Shown here piece by piece: positions 13,201-26,365 of a DNA stretch of 64,000 nt (position 1 is its first letter; each line of letters begins with the position of its first letter). Origin of the DNA: Owenia fusiformis (lineage: Eukaryota); assembly GCA_903813345.2 (NCBI GenBank), contig CAIIXF020000001.1, positions 20,398,001-20,462,000 on the forward strand, written 5' to 3'. The position numbers were made by a program, and so were the translations under genes. The notes beneath the pieces are model-generated. The model had not been told where the DNA came from, searched no databases, and saw nothing but the letters and a program-made list of their open reading frames with translations.

Positions 13201-14409
13201 TCCTTGGAGATTTGCCAGGCTGCAATGGGGAAAACAAAAATGTTGTCATTATTGAATAAATCCAGTAGTGATAGTGGAGAGACAAGCAGCACTGTTACTA
13301 CTGTAACAAGTCCGATTTCTCCCACTCAGGCTAAACCTGTTACCCCCAAGCCTGTTATATCAGCCCCTCCTGCCACACAGGTGCTACAATTGAGCTCTAT
13401 TCCCTCGGTATCATCCCCAGTTGCTTCAACTGTTCAACAGTCGAGTAATGGACCATTAAAAGTTGTGCTATCTCAGCCTGTTGCCCAAGTGAGCACTGTA
13501 CGTCCACATACACCCATCTTAGCCTCACAGCTCCAACAGGTGACCACCACCCCTGTACCAGCTGTAATCAACACAGGAACCCCCATACTGGTCACCCCTC
13601 TCACTGCAGGAGGTATGGCAACTATCCCAACCATCCCCGCCATACAGGCAGCCACTGCCTCCCCACCCAACCCTGTTCTATCTAACACAGTGCAACAAAT
13701 TCAGAATCTCCCTCCTGGATCTAATGTTATAGTGCAACAGGACCAAAATAATCTTGGACAGAACCATTTTTTATCATATTCCAAAAATAACATCTCTGGT
13801 TCAACGTTGGTAACGGATGACAATCCGAAAGTGAAAATTGAGACTAAAGAAGCTACAGGAGGTCACGGCCCCCCAAGAGCTTCAAGTGCACCACCTATTA
13901 AACATATTACATTGGTGAGCACAGGCAAAGATACTGGAGTATATAGGATTAGTATATCACAATCCCCAGTGAAAATCATAAAAACTGAAGCTGATATTGA
14001 GCCGATAAAGAGATGTACATCTGTACCAGCTACTAAGACTTCTATAGTTGTTACTGCCCCAGACTGTAAACCTACTGTGAAATTAGAACCAAAATCAGTG
14101 TCAACAATTTCCAGTATTTTAGATTCTGTTCCAAAACTGCGTCAACAACTGAATGCTGGTATTAAAATGGCCCCTCAAGGCTTAATGGGGCCACCTACTA
14201 GACAAGCTATCCAGAGTTTACGCCCCTCTCATGTTCAAGGGATCACAGGAGAACAGCTGAATAAGATAACACCACAGAATCAGAACAGTTGTGCCTGCAG
14301 CTTGAAAGCGTTAGTAATGTGTAAGAAATGTGGTGCATTCTGCCACGATGACTGTATAGGTCCGAGTAAACTGTGTGTGACTTGTCTAATGGTGTCTGCC
14401 CCTACCTAG
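4298..14409 (+). CDS. ASXL: Additional sex combs-like Polycomb protein (HARE-HTH, DEUBAD/ASXH, C-terminal PHD finger)
   Basis: Phase-consistent exons 4298-4372, 5581-5660, 7462-7570, 8498-8633, 8781-9035, 9273-9442, 10654-10767, 11129-11309, 11942-12050, 12267-14409. Diagnostic peptides: [118 protein letters not shown]. Confidence 0.95.
4967..5230. repeat. Imperfect foldback/palindromic MITE-like element in ASXL intron 1
   Basis: Arm ctccattt...ttatcagctgcttc...ccaaaatggcagttttga pairs with tcaaaactgccatattgg...gaagcagctgataa...aaatggag. Confidence 0.7.
7990..8520 (+). repeat. Tandem array (~56 bp unit, 10 copies) of the ASXL exon 4 acceptor junction
   Basis: Unit TTTTATATTTCAATACAG|AATGACCTTCCC...CCAAATTCAATTCATG. 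The last copy is the real acceptor (exon starts 8498). Confidence 0.9.
10741..11100 (+). repeat. Tandem array (~40 bp unit, 9 copies) of the ASXL exon 7 donor junction
   Basis: Unit TCCATTCTCACACATACCAACCTTAGA|GTRAGTATATGAT. The first copy is the real exon end and donor (GT at 10768). Confidence 0.9.
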
Positions 14410-16939
14410 ATCACCATGGCACTTGGATCTCACTATTACTATGTCATTAATGTAAGTCTGATCAGTGCAATTTCATTGAAATTAATGTAACATAAAAGTT
14501 TTGAACATTTTAGCAGAGCCAAGCAAGTTTTATTTGAACAATTAAGGATAGTATTCCATACCTGCCAACCACTTTGGAGTTTAATAAAAAAAAGATATCA
14601 TAATAAGAGATTGATTCAAGAAAATTGGCAGGATTAAGTTATAAATGAATAGTAAAATAAAAATCAGAATCACCTTGGAGATGCCCCAAAAACAAGAAAT
14701 CTATTTAAATTGGGAGTTGACAGGCAGGTATGAAATTCTGTGCTCAGTGGGATTAAAGTGAATTTTAAGAGGGTGTAAATATGAGAGAAGCCTGATATGA
14801 GCTAAGAGAATATGTACAAAGTTAGTTGAATATGTGTGTTAAATTGGCAACAGGGTTGTAGTATACAATTTTCAGTTAATTAAGATCATGGTTTTGTATG
14901 CTAGGTTTGGCATCAGCACTGGCCCATTAAGATGATTTACAGGGAGTTGTTGTCCAAACCTGCTGATAATTCATAATCATATAATGCATATAGTCCTTGG
15001 AAAATAAAATAGTTTTTAGTTTTTACTTCAAAACAAAATCAAAATATACCTGTCAGCATCAGATGTAAATTTTAATATGTATTCTTGATATGTTTCAGTT
15101 TGTTATTTATTTTTTTATCACTGTTATTTCTGCAGCCACTAATTATATGGTAGGCCAATATCAATATCATCACAAAATCAACAGCAGAACTGTCGATATA
15201 AATTTTAATTTATTTTGTGAAGTGGATTGTCTGACATTTGTTCAATATCAGATTTATATTTATAAATACATGTATCTCCATTTATTTAGGATCCTGGAAT
15301 GATATGGATCTTTAAGTCAAAATGTCTCAAAAGTACATCTTGTATCTCACAAATAAAATAATAAAAGATTAGTTACAATTCCAATATTTATCCCAGAATA
15401 GTGTCGCTCAAGTTTTTTGGAAATTCAATTAAATGTGTTGCTGCTGGCAGGCTGGAGATATCCTGTAATTAGGTCACTGATACTACACGATATCAGTTAT
15501 GTATCTCTCAAATTTCAGTTTTATATGTTCTTAAATATCTCAAATTGCTGAAGGAAACAATGCTTGGAATGATGAGTGCCTTATTCCCATTATATTACAA
15601 TACAACTGTACAATGTTGTACAATCATATAAATATTCTGGAACAAGAACAAAAATTATGTATTTGTACTTTTGTGTCAGTGTAAGGTGTGAACCCATGTT
15701 TAATTAATTCAAATTGTGCAATATACCATACATGTACTAGTATGTGAAATAATCTGACAGGGAAAGATGCAAATATTTGTTATTTTAATTGTATATTTAA
15801 AGTGCCAGAATGATCTTAAATGTAAAAGAGTTGTTTACCAAATTAAAAAATATAAACTTTTCTTTGAATATTGAAAGTATCTCAAGAGATCTGTTAATAC
15901 ATATTTATACAGAAAATAAAGTGCCATTTGATATACCCTGGTATTGTAACACATTGCTTGTCCATGACACTAAAACCTAATTTGCATAAATCTTGTGACA
16001 AATATCTATCTATCACATTGAGTTCCCATGTTTTTTTATTTGTCATGCCTTAAGAATATCTGTAATGGCTTTTAAAAGGTTAAGCCTAAAATGCAATTTC
16101 TGTACAAGTTTTCAAGCATTTTCAGTCTAATATGAAACTACTTAACTAATCTTGTAGTAGTTTGACAACTGGATAACCTGATGGGAGAAGTTAAATTATC
16201 AGGCTGCAATTGATAGAAAAATACCTAAATCTAAGTGTTGTATGTTAAGGGATGTTGGTTAGAAAGAGAAATAAAAGAATATTGGTGAAGATATAATAAA
16301 TAAATTATTTTTGTCATTTATGTATAATGCTCTGAAAGACGTGCTTTACTCTTGCATTTTTAATTATACGTGTTATTTACTTTTGATAAATGGAGCAATT
16401 TGAATACAATATACAGTTTCTTATATTTCCACAATTTTCCTTGGAAGACATTTTCTCCAAAACCTATGGGTTAAACCAAGCAGAGTCTCATGAAACTACT
16501 TTCACAAAATTTTCAAATTACAATTTCTTTGAAACAGCTAAATTATCTGCTATCTTATTGGGTGAAGGAACATTTTGGATATATGAGAGGAATTTATCTA
16601 GATGATAGTTGGCCATAGGCCTGATTTGTTTTAAAAGATAAAACTAAAGTGGAAAACGTTTCAAAGGAAATTGTGGAAAAAATGTGAAAACTTGAAAAAA
16701 CAGATGATCACTTGAAGATACTGTTTATATAATTTTTTTTAATTCATTTGACTCCTTTTAAGGACCCAAACGTGTTCATTGTTAACCATTTGGCAAAATG
16801 ACATCATAATTCAAATCACATCATTGTTCAAATATAGCTATATTGTAAAACTCCCTAAAAGTGTGTGCGGATGATGTTCGTTTTTAAAAATGTTAACATG
16901 TCAGTATTCAGTAGAGCAAACTAGGGTGATATAAATGAC

Positions 16940-17646
16940 CACCTCTGCACTAAGGTTCCAATACACCATTGACCTCCATTCGAATTTTTAGTGAATGCAA
17001 AATTAGATATTATCCCTTTCATCCCCAAGGGTTCATTTTATCAGTTTTATTACAAAATGACAAATACCCTAATGAGCAGAATGGATTATTTTTAGGTTTA
17101 CAAGAACAAATTCAATGTCAAATTTAACTTTGGAGATTATTTAAGAGTTTGAGAAATGCAAAATGCACCAGAGTTTTTGTTTTCTGTAGAAATGAGATTC
17201 AATATTTGAAAATAGTGTGTACATTTGGGTATTTAGTAGGTATGTAAAACACAAATTACTTATTTTCTTCTGAGAATATTAAGATTGCAGCACGAGTGTA
17301 TTGAGAATATGCATCTTTGACTTGACATTGGGTATCATCATATCCTTGTCCCCTTATTATCTTTTTAAATATGCCCTTAATTATACCACGATATTGAAAC
17401 ATGATAATAATATTCTGTTGTGTTGCTTAGACCACAAACTTTGTTGTTATGGACTTTTAGATTGAAAATAGAAACCAATTGTCAAAATTTAATTGAAAAG
17501 CACGATTGATTTCTTAATTTTACCCCTTGGTGATGAAAGGGCTAATATCTGATTTTACATTCAGTGAAAATTCAAAGGGAGGCTAGATTCTTAAAGCTGA
17601 CACTCTCAGCTTTCCAACGGTGTATTGGAATAGTGCAGAAGAGGTA
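16940..17646. mobile_element. Degenerate inverted-repeat element (MITE-like)
   Basis: ~100 bp arms: ...ttccaatacacc...tagatattatccctttcatccccaaggg versus cccttggtgatgaaagggctaatatct...ggtgtattggaa. Confidence 0.6.
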
Positions 17647-18029
17647 AAAAAACACTAAAGAGTGCGTGCACTTTGAGGCTCTATTTTGCTCAAGTATACA
17701 TGTATACTGTGTAACTTATAACTCACCTTATGCAGACGGAGCCTGTGGGAAATATTTGGTGCGGCAGAAATGAGCGTTTGTAAGTCAATGTTAACTGAAA
17801 GGTCATTTCTTTTTTAAAGTTGTACTCAAACCATTTTATTTATGCTGGTGAACCATCAACACTTCCAAAAGTTCATTTTATCATTAGGCTATATTAAGAA
17901 ATTCTCCATCTAAAATGTCACTCGACTTTTTGGCAATTAAAAGTCCCTGCCTGCATTTAGTAGTCATATATTGTCATGTGCATAATTTTGAAACCATATC
18001 CTAATTATTTCACAAACCCTTTGTTGATT

Positions 18030-19235
18030 CTGCCGTCTGAGAGTATGGATTATTTTTATGAGAATATGTATTTGTTATCTACACATTTTAGAACAGATGA
18101 ATATTCGGCAAATAATCATTCAGTGTATTTATTTAAAAAAGATCAGATCTGTACGGTGACGCATCTGCTGTACGGTGACGATTCCTTAGATTTCATGAAG
18201 TGTAATATATGACCTCAGTATTAACTTAAGATTCCATAAGTTTTTGTGTGGAAATTCAAATGTTGTATCCCATTCAACATTGAAAAGATCAATTCTTATG
18301 TCTGATAACAAGGATTAAATACTGAAACACATTCAACTCTAAGCTTACTGTTCGAACAAGAGGTAAAGAAGCGTCAGATCTACATTATCACTGGTAAGTA
18401 TCAAGCGAAGGTTACAGCCGTCACCTTAGCATTTAAGATGGCGGACAGGAAGTATCAATTTCGATATTTTTAGTTTTCATGGAATTAACTATTTGAAAGT
18501 TGACGAAATGCTTTGATATCATTTGAAATACAGACCAGGCTTTTCTCATATGACTAACAAAGATAGCCTACATAGCCATCTTTACCCCATGCACGATATT
18601 GTATCTTTCATCCTAAAAGTCACACGTGCAAGATGAGATTTACTTGTGACATCCCTTGTTTTAAAACAATAATAATATAACAACAAATATACTGAGTTTT
18701 TGGTTTCATGACCCCTACCGTATCACATATTTCCAGTAACCTTCCATTAAGCGATGGAAGATATCGTTGAATTGTAGCGCCCATGCACTATATATGAACA
18801 AATGATCATACTCCAAAGTTTCCATTTCATAAAAGCCTAGTCTCATTCAGTTCATCAAAGCATAACGCCAACTATAAAGAATTCGATGAAAACTAAAAAT
18901 ATCGAGATCGACACTTCCTGTCCGCCATTTTAAATGCAAAAGTGACTGCAGTAACTTTCACTGATCATTTTGACAACATGTATACGAGGGATACTTGATT
19001 GGATCAACATTTGAACTTCCATACCAAAACTTGAAGTAATAAATAATGAATTCTTTATATTACTTCTCACAAATTATAATGAATCGTCAACGTACAGCTG
19101 ATGCGTCACCGTACAAATTTGATATTTTTTAAATATACATAATAAATGGTTGTTTGTTGAATCTTCGCCCGTTCTAAAATGTGTAGTCGACAAATACATA
19201 TTCTCATAAAAATAATCCATACTCTCAGACGGCAG
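18030..19235. mobile_element. Large foldback element with ~350-450 bp imperfect arms
   Basis: Several matching inverted blocks, e.g. tgccgtctgagagtatggattatttttatgagaatatgtatttgt (~18031) versus its complement (~19190-19233); tgtacggtgacgcatc versus gatgcgtcaccgtaca; atggcggacaggaagt versus acttcctgtccgccat. Confidence 0.75.
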
Positions 19236-19555
19236 GGAAAATAATAACCAAACAAAATGTGAAAAAACAACCTTTTTTCACTCTGGTCGATTATGTGGGC
19301 CGATTCACTCAAAAAAATCCGAACAGTGCTCGTAAAACATTTATCATAATTACAATGTTAAAACCATTCCTAAGAGAATGCTGTTTTCATTTCACATGAA
19401 ATCGTATTAGTTTTCATCAAATTAATTTTTTTTAAACCCATGTCATAGTTTTTGGTTCAAAGCAGTTAATTTGCGTCACCGTACAGAAAACTGTACTCCG
19501 CTATTTTTTGACGCTGTACGGTGACGCCTACCTACGCGATGGTTAGGCGTGTATT

Positions 19556-21421
19556 AGAGAGGTTAAGCTACACGTATTGAAAACTTGAACGTGAACTTCA
19601 ATGCGCGTGCAGATAAATGACGTCAGATTTGTTTATTTCCTGTGGACCAGCGTGAAGTTTACAGGTTTTTACATGAGCTTATCATATTCGTGCAATTTAC
19701 AGACGCGTATTCAACAAAGCATGAACGTGTACTTCTATGCGCGAGCAGGAAAATGACGTTAGATTAGTCTACTTTCTACAGGTATTAGCCAGTCTCCGAG
19801 CCTTTCGTCCAGTGCCATCCGTACCTCCTGTGCCTTACGTAGTGAAGGTACGCAACGAACGAAATGAATGTTGAGAATGGGTATTAGCGTGAACGTTGTT
19901 ACGCGGTAAACACGATACAAAAATATGTCATATTCCGCAACGAATATGGCATATTCACTTGCGGTGTATGACAGATTCACCTGCGGTATATGGCATACAA
20001 ACTAACCAATGAGAACGTGATACGGAAGTACGCAATTGTCAATTGAATCGACTGAACGAAATAGTAAAACGTTATTAATTATTGTAATGATTACTGAATC
20101 AACAGTACTGTGTATCGAATATATGAACTTAGCAGAAATATCAGTCACCAATCTCGCGTAATAAACTTACTTAATCAATCCAGGATTCATATATTAGTAG
20201 TCGACGTACTAACTATAATGGTAATCCAACGTAGTTTTACTTTTAGAGTCGATTTTCGCAACCAATCAAATCAATGCTTTCTGTATCACGTTTTCACCTG
20301 CGGTATATGTCATATTCACCTGCGGTATATGGCATATTCCGCAAGTGAGTATGACATATTCCGCAGGTGAGTATCGGGTATTCACTGAAATCAATGTATC
20401 GCATATTCACTGCGGAATATCGCATACTCACCTGCGGGATATGCCATATACCGCAGGTGAGTATGGCATATTCACCCGTATTTCAAAAACCGCGCAACCA
20501 TGAATGTATGCCATATACCGCGTAACAAACGTTACATGTTTTGACGTGTAGATGAGTGATTACACGGCGGCTCATTACGTGATTGATTTTAGCTGTGTTC
20601 TTGGATGGCCCGGGAGCCCATATTTGATACAGACAATCTTGCTTGTTATATTGGTTCAATGGGTAAATGACAACTTCAAATGTGATTGTTTGTTATCCGC
20701 ACAATATAAATAGGCAGGGCCAATTTGATACCCGGGGCTTAGTACAATATGTATACTAAATGAAATGAAATGACAACCAACCAGGGCCTACGATTTGATT
20801 TGCGAACGAGGTATTTTCTTTGTCTTACGTCCGCCCTTGTGTGGAAACCATCAGATTCCAATGGAGGCCATTGGTTTTTTTCACAAAATACCTAAAATAC
20901 ACTATGACCTGAATCGATTGCAAATTAAATAATTTCACAATATGACACAAATGGTATATCACATCAAAAGCAACTTTTACGCTTATGAAATGCCATACAA
21001 CTTTGTTAATCCAAAGATTATACTGTTATGTTTCATTAATTATTCATCAATACAGTGCTGAGTATAGGTCAACAAGATACTAGTGTACATATAAATGTAA
21101 TAATAAAAGCAGTATATTCATTTTGAAAAATTAGATAATTCATTTTTGATCATGGGGAGATCATAATGGAGGGCGCACTAGATCCTTTAATTGTGGTTGA
21201 ATATGAAATAAAGCATACAGTAAAAAAACAAAATGTTTTGATGCGACTAGATTCGAACTTAGTAACGGACACGAGTTCGAAGTGCTATTCATTACACCAT
21301 AGAGACATGACCTTAAAGACAGAGTCACCACATAAAGAAAAATTTATTAAACGTGTACTTGAGCGTGGACCTACGCGTTCAGGTTCACGGTTTGCATTTA
21401 TACGTGTAGCTTAACCTCTCT
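19556..21421. mobile_element. Non-autonomous DNA transposon (PIF/Harbinger-like termini)
   Basis: TIRs AGAGAGGTTAAGCTACACGTA...TACGTGTAGCTTAACCTCTCT, flanked by ATT on both sides (could alternatively be read as a TA duplication). No transposase ORF seen. Confidence 0.7.
19897..20527. mobile_element. 631 bp TG...CA element with 5 bp target-site duplication, nested in the previous element
   Basis: Ends TGTTACGCGGTA...TACCGCGTAACA, with AACGT directly on both sides (19892-19896, 20528-20532). Internal ~21 bp ATATTCACCTGCGGTATATGGC repeats occur in both orientations. A partial copy lies at ~29080-29483. Confidence 0.8.
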
Positions 21422-22781
21422 ATTTACCGTCGGTTGCGTCACTGGTATACATGTCTCCCAGTTTTTCTGTACATTTTATGCCTGCAAGATGAGCGTATTC
21501 TGTCCAAAGATGGTACTGTAGTATGCCTTTGAACATATATTTGCTGCAAGGGTATTTTATATACGTATATGATTAAGTATAAATGAAGCATAAATAAAGT
21601 CCTTTGAAGAAGGATGACCATTGGGGTCCCCAAACAGGTTTTTAATACAACTACTTTCCACATACCACGCAATAAACAAACCGAGTAAGGATACGGTTGG
21701 ACAAGAAACACCCTTTTTACAGGTAACAATTAAATTTATTTCATCACGTTTCACTGCCATCATTTATTGGTTTACATACACTTACCTTTATAGTGACAAA
21801 AAACAAGTTCTACAATTAATTATCATTCTCAAGTTAGGATCAAACACTCAAGCTCAAGTTTCAGTTTATACGTTCATTTTACAAGTATATTTACAAGAAA
21901 CACATTTCATTTTTACAGGCTGTCACGAAAGAAAAATACAAAATCATTCCATCCTGAATCATCACATTTTGTCACTACAATCCGGCAATGGAATTCAAGA
22001 AGTCTAACGTGGAAGGTATCCTTTTCTATAAAAATATATACAATTTGGGGGAGGTTTGGAGGACTAAACGTGAGTAAAAATCGAAGCTATTACTTTTTTC
22101 AATGTCACTTCTCAGCTTCACTGGACGTCTGTAGAAGGGGAAATCAAAGTACAGACATTTGACTCGGATCAGTACTTGTTTAAAGGGCTGGTCATGTGTT
22201 GATTAGCAAGATACTGATCGGCTAAATTGAATGATCACATTGATCACAGGGCCGTTTGACAAGTTTTTCCGGTGTAGAAGTAATTTAGGTCCCCCTAAAA
22301 ATGTCCCCCGGACCATTTTCACCTGGGAAATATTGTCCTATAGCTAGGGGTGGATGGTCCAGATGGGGCAATTTCTAAGCCTTAAAGTCTCCCATGGAAA
22401 TATTTATCAATGATGAACTTTTAATCAAATTAAAATTAAGCATTTATACGGAGATAAATTATTGAATATTATTATATACCTCAAATTTATTCTAGATGCT
22501 CATTGGCTTATTCATGGTCACATGACATGGAATAGATGAACTAATTCCCTGGAAAGTCCTAAATCCCTGCTTTCAGGGAAGATGAATTGTACTAATCACC
22601 AGTTAGGTCATGTGACCAGTCAATAGTACGTTTTATCTTCCCCAAAATCTGAGATTATAGGAGTTGAAAGGTAAAATGCCTTTAAATGCCAATAAGAACC
22701 TGTGAACATTTGATATTGAAATGAAAAGACTTCTCATTTTGTTTTTGTTTACAGAGTACTTATCAGGTATATAATAAAACA

Positions 22782-22947
22782 AATAGTGACTGCCACATTT
22801 TCGGGAAATAGTGTAAAAATTTTCCTCTCGGGAATATCCTGTCCACTGACTTGTTCCCTCGGCCTGCAGCCTCGGGAACATGTCAGTGGACAGGATATTC
22901 CCTTGAGGAAAATATTTTGCACTATTTCCCTCAATGGCAGTCACTAT
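22782..22947. repeat. Palindromic MITE-like element
   Basis: atagtgactgcca...gggaatatcctgtccactgac...gtcagtggacaggatattccc...tggcagtcactat forms a long hairpin. Confidence 0.75.
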
Positions 22948-25359
22948 TTGTATAATATACATTCTTATATTCGTCAATATGACATTTAATTAACAATATA
23001 AATATAAGCGTACATAAGCATTTACCCTTTCGTCCAGGACTCCTAAATGGGGCCATTATTACGTACACTCCCCTCCATAAGTTTGGCAACCTTAGCTCCC
23101 CCATTGAACTACGTGTTAAAGCCTCTTTACGTTTGAATTTGTATTTACTTAACCTGCCATGAAATAACTTATAATATTGATGGAAACGTAACTTGACTTT
23201 ATTTCAAATACCTCCGAATTTTCCCAATTTTTTCTTCATTTACAATAGGTCGAAAATTGATGATAAAGATGAATTTTTGAAAATCGTCATTCCCGTGTAA
23301 TCCAATGGGAAATGGAGGGTTCGGGGCAAATCAGAAATCAAGATATCCATTCAGTAAAAGATTCAGCAAAAAATATTTTTATATAGAAAATTGAATTGTC
23401 TGACTTTTTTGTACATTAAGTGTTTAGTTTACTTGAATACGAAAGTTACAGAGTTTCAAAGTCATTTTTGAAAATCAGTTTCGCCTCCTGTGTTATTTCA
23501 ATGGGAGAGGTTTTTTGAAAAACAATTTTGACTTGAAAGACCTATAACTTTGTTGAACCTGAAGAACGTATCAATTTTTGGGTGGATGGATATTCTGTCA
23601 TATGACATGCGACAAACGCATGATCAGCGTAGGGCGTCCCTTCGGCGGACGTAGTTTTACTTGACAAAAACCAAAGTAGATGCAAGATGGGTGCAAGGGG
23701 CCCTATGGCGACCGTGCGGTCTATCATTTCTACGCCCAATAGCAATGACACGGCTGCTGTGGTAATTCTTTACATGTTAGCAGTCACATTTGTTGCGGTA
23801 GCCGTACGGCGTATTTCTCTTGACAAATATAGCAAGGCATACGCAAGGCGACCACAGGGGCCCGTACGTTGATCCTACGGTCGCTTCAATTGTAATATTA
23901 TTGCAGTTTACAAAGTTATAAAGTTATAAACTATAAAACTTTAGGGAAACCGCAAGCTGGCCGTACGCCCGCGCCCATGTACGGCCATCGTGGAACCTTC
24001 TCGACGTTCGGTTTGGCTACGGCTTGTTAACTTCTACGGTGACAGAAATGAAAACAGTTGTAACACCGAGTAACCATTTCTACGGCGTTTCTACGCCTGT
24101 AAAAACTGAACATGCCGTACGGAGACCGTAAGCCATTGATCAAAATGTGACTGGGGTTTAATGGTATAATATTTCCAAAATATCTCACAATCTGTTGATT
24201 GAATTTGCTCCAAATTTATAACTTTCATACCAGAGATACAAGTAATGGCATTTCCTGAATGTGACAAAGATATGCTGAAGGTCAAAAGTCATTATTTTCA
24301 GGTTTGTCAATGCATATGACGCCTTCCCTTTCGAATCTACTCGTATATTTCCAAACCTTGGGACATTAGCGTCGTTTGCTTGTCGTTTGTGGTTCTCATA
24401 GCATAGAACGAGTTTTTTTAATGAAAATTTTATTGCAACCGTAAAAACCTAATCCAAATAAAATGGTAAAAAGAAAACTGATATTTCAAACAGGTCTCTC
24501 AGATGAAATATATGTCAGTAAAAATGTATTAAAAATGTGATATTTTGCTCCACCATGGGGCTTTAAAAGCCCATGCCTTCACCCAACAAAATGAATCTAT
24601 AAAATATGAACTGCCCGCGGTGCAAGTCAATCGCATAATATTTAATAGTGGGTTTTCCCCTAGGTATCACGAAAAAGAACAATAAGCCCCTGATGTGCAA
24701 ATTAATTGGTCACACGTTTTCAACAAAAACAGTTCATCCAAGCGCACTTTACGCTAATTATGATGTCATGTCGGCTAACCGCCTGTTTTCAACCGCGTCG
24801 GCTAGTTGCAAGTGCACCATAGGAGTTCGATTGCAATAAACCGTGATGTCTTTCAAAAGAATTATGTGAGCGAAAGTGCGCTTGGATGAGCTATTTTTTG
24901 CATGCTCCGTCACAGCGGACAAATCTTTCGATACCAGCCTATGATTTAAAAGATAACAGATTCCAATGGGTCCAACTCCGCAAAACCGAAAGACCGTTAA
25001 TCTGAATTTTCGACCTACCAGATGTTTGAAAATTAATAATGTAGATATTCGATGGAATTTGCTACACATTGACATTGCTGTATCTGGATTAACCTTAACC
25101 TTTTCTCAGAGCACCTCTTCAATTTGAACTTTGCAGTAAAACATTATGAACGAAATTCTAAAAAATGTGAGAATGAAGAAGAAACAGAGAAAAACGAACT
25201 AAAGGAGGTATTTAAATGTAGTAGTAGTAGTAGACTCGTAAGATCCTCCCCCCTGATATCTCCAAAAAATGTTGAACTACCTTTTTACTTTCTTGAAGGA
25301 AATCCTGATATTCCCCACATAAACTGGGAAAGATAAAAAACTTGCATTACTGGGCACTG

Positions 25360-25455
25360 TTTTTTTAATAGCTCACATGGTGAGCTATTGTAATCACTCA
25401 CTTGTCCGTCTGTCTGTCTGTTCGTTTGTCCGTCTGTCTGTCTGTCTGTCAACAA
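25360..25455 (+). mobile_element. Truncated Helentron/HINE-like end with (CTGT)n microsatellite
   Basis: T-run followed by the palindrome TAGCTCAC-atg-GTGAGCTA and then a GTCT/GTCC microsatellite, the typical layout of DINE-1/HINE-type elements. Confidence 0.55.
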
Positions 25456-25599
25456 TTTGCCAGTTTTAAAACCTCTGTCAATAGGATTCCCGTTTTAAGT
25501 TATTTTTGTTCAACACAAGAACTAGTTCTGAAGTTAAAAGTGAAATACTAAGTGGAATAATAAATTGGTCCTGATTAATAACAAAGAGGTAATAAATCC

Positions 25600-26365
25600 C
25601 GGGTAATAAATAAGCATCTTTATGGATAATGGGGACATTTACGTAAATGACCACCTAAACGACCTGGGACATTTTTACAGTATTATGATTTTAAGGCAAA
25701 ATACAACGTACAAATCAATTTTATTGATTATTATGCTATAATATTAGCTGTACCGAAGGAGTGGAAACGCTTATTGAAGCGAGACTTAACTTCTGTCTTT
25801 GAACCGTGCCTACAGACGGATCTTGTGCATTTAACACTTGTCGAAAAACCAGTGTAATTGAATGGTATAACAGTAAACTGGTAAAGTCAATTAAAAAAAT
25901 ATTAAATAAAAACAAATATTTGGAACCACTGTATAAAGATAAACATGATCGTGAATTAAAAAGAACAGACTACTTTAAAATGGCTTATAGCTGCACGACA
26001 AAACAAAATAAAATTCGATAACTCCAATTTAAGATTCTTCATGTATTTGTACCACAAATGCTTACTTAACGCAGATAGCAATTAAACAGGAAGCTAAATG
26101 TAGTTACCAGTTACTGTCCACTAAGAGACACTTTAAAGCACAAGTTTTGGGAATGTAGGCGGGTTCAGATTTTTTTGAAAGGTATTAAAGAGAATTTAGA
26201 TGAATTATTTAATGTAAATCTTGTTTTTAATGCCCATGATATGGTGCTCGGAAGATCTTTAAATAATGAAAACACTTTGCTAAATACATATTATATAAAT
26301 ATATTAAATGTATTATTTCATGTTTGATTCAATAAAAAATAAAATAAAAAAACAAAACAAAAACA
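25600..26365 (+). mobile_element. Decayed 3' end of a non-LTR retrotransposon (L1/Tx1-like)
   Basis: Interrupted peptides LQFKILH and CPLRDTLKHKFWEC (zinc-knuckle region C-terminal to the RT), followed by an A-rich tail at ~26331-26363. Confidence 0.6.

Noticed and set aside
12250-14409. 719 aa ORF as a stand-alone gene
   Set aside because: Its start lies in the polypyrimidine tract; it is the last exon of ASXL (acceptor before 12267).
23590-24160. CpG-rich tract with short ORFs (23542-23872) as a gene or ncRNA
   Set aside because: Repetitive CCGTAC/TACGG motifs and a transposon-like end suggest a DNA-transposon fragment; no coding or RNA-gene signature, and the boundaries are unsupported.
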